Assembly: GCA_048938295.1 (NCBI GenBank)
Contig: JBHLMI010000010.1
Location: 45,904-77,903, forward strand
Direction of reading: 5' to 3'
Source: Promethearchaeota archaeon
Lineage (GTDB): Archaea > Asgardarchaeota > Hermodarchaeia > Hermodarchaeales > Hermodarchaeaceae
Length of the DNA: 32,000 nucleotides
Numbering within the stretch: position 1 is the stretch's first letter; every line of letters starts with the position of its first letter. Shown here in pieces: positions 1-7,465 of the stretch. A model generated the notes under the pieces. That model ran no database searches. It saw only the letters and a list, made by a program, of their open reading frames with translations, and was not told the DNA's origin. Made by a program: the position numbers and the translations under genes.

Positions 1-122
1 TGGCCCCCAAGATACATGAGAGCAAATTCTTTGTCGATTGGAACCGGTTTACATGTTCCCTTTGTCATATCTACGTGTAGATGCTGTCCTGCATACCCAC
101 CGAGTTTCCCTTTCTTCACCAT
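1..122 (-). CDS. aor: Aldehyde:ferredoxin oxidoreductase (W/Mo AOR family), N-terminal fragment running off the window edge
   Basis: Not in the ORF track. Manual translation from ATG at 122 gives MVKKGKLGGYAGQHLHVDMTKGTCKPVPIDKEFALMYLGG, matching the AOR N-terminal pattern GY.G..L.VD(L/M)T.G...YLGG. It lies 6 nt downstream of a 4x[4Fe-4S] protein gene. Confidence 0.8.
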   Translation of the reverse strand, partial: MVKKGKLGGYAGQHLHVDMTKGTCKPVPIDKEFALMYLGG

Positions 123-128
123 TATAAT

Positions 129-620
129 TCACCTCTTTTCTGATTCCTCTTCCACTCGAAGTTCGTCAAGGAGATTTCCACATTCGTGCTGAATCACTTT
201 CTGCTGCTTCAAAGCTGCCAATTGTTCATCGGTGAGAATCTGTAAGGTATCAACTGGGCAATATCTCGTGCAAAAGCCACATGCGATACATTTGATGGCT
301 TTTTGCGTGTCGGGATGTAAGAAGATGGCTCCAAATGGGCATGCTTCGACACAAGCCCCACACCCACGGCATTTCTTCGAATCCACAATGACAATACCTT
401 TCCGGTTCTTCTGCAGGGCTTCTTCAGGACACGCTTCGATGCACCAAGCTTGATCGCAATTTCGACACGCTACAACAACATCAAGTCCTGGATTGACTCG
501 GCGTACCCGGTTCCGCGACTTCTTCGGATTGATGGTCTTTTCCCAATGTAAACTACATACTGCTTCACAAATCCGACAACCAACACACACGGTAGGGTCC
601 GCATAGAGAAATTGTCGCAT
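129..620 (-). CDS. 4x[4Fe-4S] ferredoxin-like electron-transfer subunit (DmsB/CooF-like), probable AOR small subunit
   Basis: Four Cys clusters: CVGCRICEAVC, CRNCDQAWCIEAC, CRGCGACVEAC, CIACGFCTRYC. Co-oriented directly upstream of aor. Confidence 0.9.
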   Translation of the reverse strand: MRQFLYADPTVCVGCRICEAVCSLHWEKTINPKKSRNRVRRVNPGLDVVVACRNCDQAWCIEACPEEALQKNRKGIVIVDSKKCRGCGACVEACPFGAIFLHPDTQKAIKCIACGFCTRYCPVDTLQILTDEQLAALKQQKVIQHECGNLLDELRVEEESEKR

Positions 621-752
621 ACGTTAGCACCTCATCAATTTCATCCAAAATTAGACTTGATAGGGGTAAAACTTTGTTATCAATCTAGGAATAGATGAAC
701 TCCTTGAAATTTGGGCTATTCATAAAAGGACAGAGAGGTCGTAGAAGGTATC

Positions 753-2042
753 ATGGTCAATTTTGACCGGCGTCGTATCATCGCCTTTGATGTTGACGGA
801 ACAGTAATTAACGGGTTCTGGCTCTCTCAAGTCGTAGCAAGGTTTGGTTTACTCAAAGCGTTTGTTTTTGGTGTGTTGGGTATTCTCTACGAAGCCCGTA
901 TCATGGAGATCGCGTCTTTTATGCGATACTCGTACCGTCTACTTCGCGGAGCTCCCAAGGACTGGCTTATTCGTATGACAGATCAGGTGTACTTGCATCG
1001 GGGAGTGAAAGAGACTTTCAACATTCTCCGCGGCCAAGGTCACATTATCGTCCTTATGAGTTCCGGGATACCCGATTTCGCGGTGGGTCGGCTAGCTAAG
1101 AACCTGGGGGGTCATTTCGCTAGCGGTATTCGAGTAGAACTTGAAGACAATCGTCTTACAGGCCACATAGCTGCTCTAGATTGCCAGGGACAGAGTAAAG
1201 TTGATGCATTACAAAATATCATCGAGCTCCACAAACTTAACGACTGTGAAACCATCTGTATAGCTAACGATCGAAACAATGTTCCTCTGTTTGAATTCGT
1301 TGATCTTCCGGTTGGTTTTCGCCCAGATCAAGTTGCGCGTCGCCATGTTCGTGTGGTTGTAAAAACACCTGACTTACGTGCACTTCTACCATACCTTTCA
1401 TTCCCTACAGTTCGGGTTCATGTTCCGCGACGGTTGGGACAAGAAATCTTGCGACAACTTCTTCATGCTAGTGCGGTTATCATCCCTTTATTTTGGCTGT
1501 GGGATGTTTCATGGCATTTCCCAATTTACCTATTGATTGGAAGCCTAACGCTTCTTTTCATCATTTCCGAAGTCCTTAGAAGCTTTGGGATACAAATCCC
1601 AATCATTTCCAATGCAGTGATGGCTGCGGGACGCGAAGATGAGATTGACAGCTATATTCTCTCTCCTATCTACTTCGCTGCAGGTGTCACACTCCCCCTT
1701 CTCATCTTGGGCACCTTACTAAATCTGCCCTCCATCGCCGCTGCCAGTGTCATCGCATTCCTAATTGGCGATGCGTTTTCTACAATTGGCGGTATCTTAT
1801 TTGGACGACACCACTATCCGTTCAATCCTAAGAAAACACTTGAAGGCACCATAATCGGATTTTCAATTGCCTTCTTTATCCTGTTGCTCATTGTATCTCC
1901 CCTTTCTGCATTACTCGTTGTGGTTATAGCGGCGATTATTGAACTGCTTCCTATTCGATTGGATGACAATCTCGCGGTTCCCCTTATTACCGCAACAATC
2001 TTGATGGGCCTTCAAATATTCGGAATCTATTATTTCATCTAA
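753..2042 (+). CDS. Fusion of a HAD-superfamily (SerB-like) phosphatase domain and a multi-TM dolichol/phytol kinase-like (CTP-transferase family) domain
   Basis: N-terminal DVDGT (HAD motif I), SSG (II) and K (III). C-terminal EILRQLLH, GDAFST..G..FG, PKKTLEG and DDN motifs with about 7-8 hydrophobic segments. Confidence 0.8.
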   Translation: MVNFDRRRIIAFDVDGTVINGFWLSQVVARFGLLKAFVFGVLGILYEARIMEIASFMRYSYRLLRGAPKDWLIRMTDQVYLHRGVKETFNILRGQGHIIVLMSSGIPDFAVGRLAKNLGGHFASGIRVELEDNRLTGHIAALDCQGQSKVDALQNIIELHKLNDCETICIANDRNNVPLFEFVDLPVGFRPDQVARRHVRVVVKTPDLRALLPYLSFPTVRVHVPRRLGQEILRQLLHASAVIIPLFWLWDVSWHFPIYLLIGSLTLLFIISEVLRSFGIQIPIISNAVMAAGREDEIDSYILSPIYFAAGVTLPLLILGTLLNLPSIAAASVIAFLIGDAFSTIGGILFGRHHYPFNPKKTLEGTIIGFSIAFFILLLIVSPLSALLVVVIAAIIELLPIRLDDNLAVPLITATILMGLQIFGIYYFI

Positions 2043-2117
2043 ACAACTGAGATCACAATCCCCCGACTTTATAAGTCCGTTCCATCTCTTTCATGATAGC
2101 TGATAGGACTGAGACCC

Positions 2118-3029
2118 ATGTCAAACCAACAATGCCCTGAATGTGGCCGACAACTAAAACCTAATGCCAAGTTCTGCTCCTACTGCGGGGTTTCCCTCGC
2201 TACACGAAAAAAAGCCGTTGAAAATATTCAGGCTCAACCCGCAAGTGCAGCCCCGGTTTCAGGCAACCAAATTCCACACGAATTAACAGAAATACCTCCT
2301 ACAGTTGAATCTGCGTTAATTATGCGAGGAAAACTGGAAAGACTACGGTCCCAAAAAGCAGCCCTTGATGAAGAGCAAGAAACAGTGAATGTCAAGCAAC
2401 TTGTCGGTGAACTTTCCGAAAAAGAAGCAAAAACTCAATCTGACAAATTTCAACAGCGCTTAGATCCAATAACAAAAGAAATTGAAGAACTAGAAAGCAA
2501 AGCTATCACTCCCTTAGAACAGCTTAAACAGGACAAGGAGGTCCAAGAAGGACGCCTTCAACGACTAGAAGAACTTCAGAAATCAGGAGAAGTTGACACC
2601 GCAATTTACCAACGGCTCTCCAGCGAGTACCGAGGGAAGCTCTCCGAAATCAATCAACAACTTGATAATGAAGTATCCCAAGCAAACCGTTGGCTAGCTC
2701 AACTAGAAGATCGCAAACAGCAATTAGAGTTTGATAAAGAGACCCTCCAAATTCGTGCACGTATTGATGAGGTTTCTAAACGCGATGTAAATAAACAGCT
2801 TAAAGGCATCGATGATGAAGTGAACAAACTTACCAGCATCATCGGGGGCCTCCGATCAATATTGGGCAGTGCTGTAGCTCCACCTAAAGCCTTTATACCC
2901 AAACCTGCTGCCACTCCTAGTCAGAAACCATCTGGCAAAGCAGTTACTGAAACGTGTCCATACTGTCAAGCGAAAATTACGCCCGGTTCAAAGTGGTGCT
3001 ATTCCTGTGGACGTTTACTTCAGGGTTAA
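2118..3029 (+). CDS. Double zinc-ribbon / coiled-coil / double zinc-ribbon protein with a CdvA-like central coiled coil
   Basis: CPECG..FCSYCG at the N-terminus and CPYCQ..WCYSCG at the C-terminus. The central heptad region RLQRLEELQKSGEVDTAIYQRLSSEY resembles the CdvA L...GE....Y..L..EY pattern. Confidence 0.65.
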   Translation: MSNQQCPECGRQLKPNAKFCSYCGVSLATRKKAVENIQAQPASAAPVSGNQIPHELTEIPPTVESALIMRGKLERLRSQKAALDEEQETVNVKQLVGELSEKEAKTQSDKFQQRLDPITKEIEELESKAITPLEQLKQDKEVQEGRLQRLEELQKSGEVDTAIYQRLSSEYRGKLSEINQQLDNEVSQANRWLAQLEDRKQQLEFDKETLQIRARIDEVSKRDVNKQLKGIDDEVNKLTSIIGGLRSILGSAVAPPKAFIPKPAATPSQKPSGKAVTETCPYCQAKITPGSKWCYSCGRLLQG

Positions 3030-3541
3030 GGAAGCATAAACCGAACGGCTTCATATCCACCAACGCTGTCGCCTTTTCGCCCCCAAACAAAAAGAAAGGG
3101 ATTACGGATCACATACTCCATGGGGGTTTCGACTTCAATAATTCGCGTGCCCACTGGGAACAGATACAGGACATCAATATCATATTCGGCCAGTTCTTCC
3201 TCAACGTCGCTGCTTAGTTCGTTTTTCCCATCCCGAGGGGTGCCTTGGAAATGAACAATCCACTGGAAATAAGCAATTTGAGGGCTTCCTCGCAACCCGA
3301 TATCGACATGCAGGAGTTTTTGGTTAACACGTTTATCATTGATAAAGACTTTTTCCGCCGCAAGAAATTCTGTCATATTCGCTTGAATCATATTAACCTC
3401 TTGTTGCAGAGCCTCTTGGTCTTTCAGAATCCTCTCGTACACCCCTTCAGGGTCATGATAATCATAAATAATAACCTGATATACTTCCAAAGCAGGAGAA
3501 ATCGAGAAAACTGAGGAGGCGAATAAGGGCTGCACATTCAT
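3026..3541 (-). CDS. Hypothetical protein
   Basis: 171-aa ORF with globular composition, convergent 4-nt overlap with the previous gene and divergent from tmk. No motif recognised. Confidence 0.65.
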   Translation of the reverse strand: MNVQPLFASSVFSISPALEVYQVIIYDYHDPEGVYERILKDQEALQQEVNMIQANMTEFLAAEKVFINDKRVNQKLLHVDIGLRGSPQIAYFQWIVHFQGTPRDGKNELSSDVEEELAEYDIDVLYLFPVGTRIIEVETPMEYVIRNPFLFVWGRKGDSVGGYEAVRFMLP

Positions 3542-3608
3542 ATGTAGGACTCTCCATCACTCCCTTTTTATTTAGTAACCTCAATTAAGACAATAAACGC
3601 CTCAAGAG

Positions 3609-4223
3609 TTGGATGTGTACTGGATGCTTCAAGGGATATTCATCGCAATTGAAGGTATCGATGGAAGTGGGACGACCACACATGCAAAACTACTATGTAA
3701 CTGGCTTAGGAAACAAGCGCTAGAGGTGGTCCAAACCCATGAACCCACTGATGAAAGAATTGGTCGCCTTATTCGAGTAATATTACAGGACACCACGGTA
3801 TCTCCTGCCATTGATGCACTGCTTTTTGCCGCAGATCGTATCGATAACACAATCAATAAAATCCAACCCGCCCTCGACCAAGGGAAAGTCGTAGTTACAG
3901 ACCGCTATGTTGAATCCTCTTATGCCTACCAGTGCTCCTCGGGACTTGACCGCGAATGGGTTCAGAATCTGAACCGATATGCTCTCACACCCACGCTTAC
4001 TTTTCTACTCGACATTGCTCCTAAAATCGCTCTAGCTCGAAAGAGAAGACCAAAGCCAAAAGAAAAATTCGAACATGAAGCATTTCTAACAAAGGTGCGA
4101 CAAATATTTCTTGAAAGGGCTCAAGAACAGGGATTCATCGTAATTAACGCAGAACGATCAATCAAAGAAGTTCAAGACCAACTCCAAAAACATGTCGAAC
4201 CATTACTCACAAGCCTTAAGTAA
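3609..4223 (+). CDS. tmk: Thymidylate kinase (true start may be ATG 3624)
   Basis: P-loop FIAIEGIDGSGTTT, EPT, LLFAADR, DRYVESSYAYQ. Confidence 0.95.
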   Translation: MDVYWMLQGIFIAIEGIDGSGTTTHAKLLCNWLRKQALEVVQTHEPTDERIGRLIRVILQDTTVSPAIDALLFAADRIDNTINKIQPALDQGKVVVTDRYVESSYAYQCSSGLDREWVQNLNRYALTPTLTFLLDIAPKIALARKRRPKPKEKFEHEAFLTKVRQIFLERAQEQGFIVINAERSIKEVQDQLQKHVEPLLTSLK

Positions 4224-4244
4224 CGCCATCCTACTTTTTACATC

Positions 4245-4316
4245 GGCGGCAATGAAGAGGAAACCTATAGTCACTGATTACAAGATGAAGTGAACGACGG
4301 GCGGACTAGAGCCGCC
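4245..4316 (+). ncRNA. Candidate box C/D guide sRNA, predicted target SSU rRNA C1402-equivalent
   Basis: Perfect terminal stem GGCGGC(4245-50)/GCCGCC(4311-16). C-like ATGAAGA 4252-58, D' CTGA 4274-77, C'-like GATGAAG 4284-90, degenerate D CTAGA 4306-10. Guide GACGGGCGG (4296-4304) is the reverse complement of the universal SSU CCGCCCGUC. Confidence 0.75.
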
Positions 4317-4371
4317 ACCTTTCTTCAGCACATATTAGAAACCAATTTGATGGTCAATAAAAATGGCTAAT

Positions 4372-4746
4372 CTATGATTGTAAAATGGATTCGATTTGGC
4401 TACTGTACCGTTTCATAACAAGGAAAATCATTCCTAAGTTTGCGCTTTTCTTTACCAAGGATGTGAGAATAGCATTTTCACCAGCGCCTTTCAAAATAAT
4501 ATAGCCGTTTTCCGCTTCAACTGTTATCTGCATAAGCTTGCCACGGGGAATCTCTGTCAAAGCGCGTTCTGCAACGCCAAGAAGCGCGGCCGTCATAGCT
4601 GCCACTATAGCCTCATTAACGGTCTGTGGCATTGCCGCTACTATGGGCAAACCCTGTGCGGTAACAATTGCACTGGCTTCAATACCCGGTGTCGTACTCT
4701 CCATTTGACGAAGGAGATCTTGAAGATTCTTCGCAGTAGCCGACAT
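4372..4746 (-). CDS. Roadblock/LC7 (MglB-like) domain protein
   Basis: 124 aa with the roadblock pattern GIEASAIVTAQGLPI...VAAMTAALLGVAERA...QITVEAENGYIIL...AILT..NLGMI. Confidence 0.92.
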   Translation of the reverse strand: MSATAKNLQDLLRQMESTTPGIEASAIVTAQGLPIVAAMPQTVNEAIVAAMTAALLGVAERALTEIPRGKLMQITVEAENGYIILKGAGENAILTSLVKKSANLGMIFLVMKRYSSQIESILQS

Positions 4747-4892
4747 AGTTTGGACCCCAACTCGCTATTTGTCTTAAAATAGCTAAAATTGTTCTGGTCA
4801 ATGCGAACTTCGTGAAAAAGGCTTCAAAATCCGCCTCTTCGAGACCATAAACCTTAAAGAAACTCCCCTTTACTGACAAGCACCATTCTAAG

Positions 4893-5897
4893 GTGGCGAA
4901 TATCATGGTCAAAAAGAATGTTCCCGAAAAAGAACCGGAACCGGTTGAGGAACCAGAAAAAAAACCCCAGACTGTCAAAGAAGCTACTGAAGCCACGGAA
5001 GAAGAGGAAACACCAGAAGAGAAGTATCGTCGTGCCGGAAAGATAGCAAGTCAAGTCAGAGAAGAAATCCGCCCACAGGTTAAAGTCGGAGCCCTCGCAC
5101 TTGATATCTGCGAAGCAGCAGAAGCACGCATAATTGAATTAGGGGGTGGCATCGGGTTCCCAACAAATTGTTCGATTAATGAAGTTGCCGCTCACTATTC
5201 TAGCCCTGAAGAAGATAAGACCATGATTCAGGAAGGTGACGTGGTCAAAGTCGACATTGGCGTTCATATCGATGGCTACATCGCAGACACAGCTTTTACT
5301 GTCAGTTTTGATCCCGAACTCAAAACCCTTGTCGAAGCCAGTCAAGAGTCCCTCAAAAAAGCTCTCCTCCTCATCCGACCGAAAACCAACAGTAAAGACC
5401 TTGGTAAAATCATTGAAGATACTATTCGGGGTTACGGCTATCGACCGATTCGGGATCTGAGTGGTCATCAACTTGACGAATACGTCCTTCATGGGTCCAA
5501 AAGCTTGCCTAACATCGCTGTTCCCTATGGCTCTGTCCTCGAAGAAGGGGAAGCATACGCCCTAGAAACCTTTGCCACCACAGGAACCGGGAGTGTCCAC
5601 GAAACTGGACAACATTATATCTACAGTCTAAACCCTGCCCGCATAGCAGTTCGGTCACAAGGAGCTAGAGATATCATCCGCCTTGTTGCTCGGGAATTTA
5701 AAAGCCTGCCATTCAGTCGTCGCTATCTAACCAAACATGTCCCTAAACTCAGCCTAGCTCTAGGGCTCCGTGAACTCACAACCAAAAAGGTGCTTCGCCA
5801 ATATAGCGTTCTCGCCGACTCGAAAGGCAGTCGAGTTGCCCAAACAGAGCACACCTTCCTCGTAAACAAAGATGGCATTGAAATCACTACCGAATAA
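4893..5897 (+). CDS. map: Type II methionine aminopeptidase with acidic N-terminal extension (start may be ATG 4905)
   Basis: Metal ligands in VKVDIGVHIDGYIADTA, GHQL, ALETF and QTEHT. Type-II helical insert LPFSRRYL present. Confidence 0.95.
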   Translation: MANIMVKKNVPEKEPEPVEEPEKKPQTVKEATEATEEEETPEEKYRRAGKIASQVREEIRPQVKVGALALDICEAAEARIIELGGGIGFPTNCSINEVAAHYSSPEEDKTMIQEGDVVKVDIGVHIDGYIADTAFTVSFDPELKTLVEASQESLKKALLLIRPKTNSKDLGKIIEDTIRGYGYRPIRDLSGHQLDEYVLHGSKSLPNIAVPYGSVLEEGEAYALETFATTGTGSVHETGQHYIYSLNPARIAVRSQGARDIIRLVAREFKSLPFSRRYLTKHVPKLSLALGLRELTTKKVLRQYSVLADSKGSRVAQTEHTFLVNKDGIEITTE

Positions 5898-6029
5898 TTT
5901 CACGAAATGAGATTTTCTAAGCTAAATTATCCAAATCGTGAAAACTTGTGAAAAAAACGGGTTTTAGTCGGGTACTACGAAGATATGTGCAAAGCTATCA
6001 TTAACATTATTATGTTTACACGTATGCTT

Positions 6030-6090
6030 GAAGAAAGCTTTAAAAGGCTGGAAGCCCGATGCCTACTGGCGAACCTTATAAAGGTTTCGC
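6030..6090 (+). promoter_or_regulatory. Two tandem BRE-TATA promoter elements upstream of tfb, the second embedded in an inverted repeat
   Basis: GAAGAAAG-CTTTAAAA near 6030-6045 and GGCGAA-CCTTATAAA near 6068-6082. Inverted repeat GCGAACCTT-ATA-AAGGTTTCGC at 6069-6090. Confidence 0.55.
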
Positions 6091-6178
6091 AACTCCAAGC
6101 GGGGAAAAATTCCACAAATCTACACAATGACAGCATCAATTTCCGTCGTAATCAGCGGATGATGGAAAAAGTTGCTGA

Positions 6179-7243
6179 ATGCATTCGCCAATGGACTGGG
6201 ACGATGCTCTTAGAGAACAAGCTCTCTCAACGCCCATGTCCCCTCTTCATCGGAGAAAGAAGGTCGAAAGAGTAATGGTTGAAGAAGCTCCTTTTGTCGA
6301 AGAAAAACTTCGGGTCAGTCCGCCCACGGCCTCTCAGCAAGTAACTCGCTGCCCCGACTGCAGCGGACAAGAAGTCATCCGCGACACAACTCGCGGTGAA
6401 ATCATTTGCCGGAATTGCGGACTTGTACTTGACGCCCATATGGTTGATCAAGGACCTGAATGGCGGGCTTTTACCTCGGAAGAGCATGACAAACGCAGCC
6501 GAGTGGGAAGCCCTATGACCTACACCGTACACGACAAAGGCTTAAGCACCATGATTGACTGGCGCAACCGTGACGCCTACGGGAAAAAACTGGCACCTAG
6601 CCGTCGAGCCCAAATCTATCGGCTCCGAAAATGGCAAATCCGAACCCGGGTTCATTCCAGCATTGATCGAAACCTTGCTTATGCCATGAGTGAACTAGAT
6701 CGGTTAACCAGCCAGCTTGGCGTCCCGCGGCCAGTCAAAGAAGCGGCAGCTATCCTTTATCGTCGTGCAATCGAACACCACCTGATTCGGGGACGAAGTA
6801 TTGAAGCAATGATTGCTTCATGCGTTTATGCAGCCTGTCGCCTCCGTCAGGTCCCACGAACCCTCGATGAAATTGCCCATCACAGTCGAATCAGCCGCAA
6901 GGAACTCGGTCGTTGTTATCGGCTCCTACTTCGCGAGCTTGAGGTGCGTATCCCAATCGCCTCACCCACGGATTTCATTCCACGCTTTGCCCAAGCGTTA
7001 GAACTTAGCGGAGATGTTCAGCACACCGCCGCCGAAATCGTCGACCAAGCCCGTTCCAAAGGCATCACAGCCGGTAAGGACCCAACAGGTCTTGCCGCGG
7101 CCAGTCTCTATATCGCCTCTATTCAAGAAGGTGAACGACGTACCCAACGTGAAATTGCTGAAGTAAGCCGAGTCACCGAAGTTACTGTTCGCAATCGCTA
7201 CAAAGAACTTGTTCGTGAACTTGGCTTGAAAGTTGAGGTCTGA
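6179..7243 (+). CDS. tfb: Transcription initiation factor IIB (start uncertain: 6179, 6191 or 6275)
   Basis: Zn ribbon CPDC...CRNCG, B-reader DQGPEWRAF, SRVGSP, two cyclin folds, GKDPTGLAAA, TEVTVRNRYKEL. Confidence 0.97.
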   Translation: MHSPMDWDDALREQALSTPMSPLHRRKKVERVMVEEAPFVEEKLRVSPPTASQQVTRCPDCSGQEVIRDTTRGEIICRNCGLVLDAHMVDQGPEWRAFTSEEHDKRSRVGSPMTYTVHDKGLSTMIDWRNRDAYGKKLAPSRRAQIYRLRKWQIRTRVHSSIDRNLAYAMSELDRLTSQLGVPRPVKEAAAILYRRAIEHHLIRGRSIEAMIASCVYAACRLRQVPRTLDEIAHHSRISRKELGRCYRLLLRELEVRIPIASPTDFIPRFAQALELSGDVQHTAAEIVDQARSKGITAGKDPTGLAAASLYIASIQEGERRTQREIAEVSRVTEVTVRNRYKELVRELGLKVEV

Positions 7244-7465
7244 GTTTTCTGCTCAGATCCCACTTTTCTCTTTTTTGTAACAAAGATTTCCTTTAGAATG
7301 AAATTTCTTCACAAAACTATCTTGAATTCAAGCCTTAAACTGACTCCCTAGATGATTTTTGTCGCCGTTTTCTCCTATCGCCAAAAGGTAATTCAACTAG
7401 AACCACACAATAGCCGATACTTAGTAGTTTACTATAAACAACTCCTATGGAGTGTAGGACGACTA

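Noticed and set aside
6158-6178. GATGATGG...CTGA resembling C and D' boxes
   Set aside because: Only a 9-nt spacer, no second box pair, no terminal stem and no recognisable rRNA complementarity.
5985-6275. 96-aa ORF upstream of tfb
   Set aside because: Runs through two BRE-TATA elements and overlaps the tfb frame; no recognisable motif.
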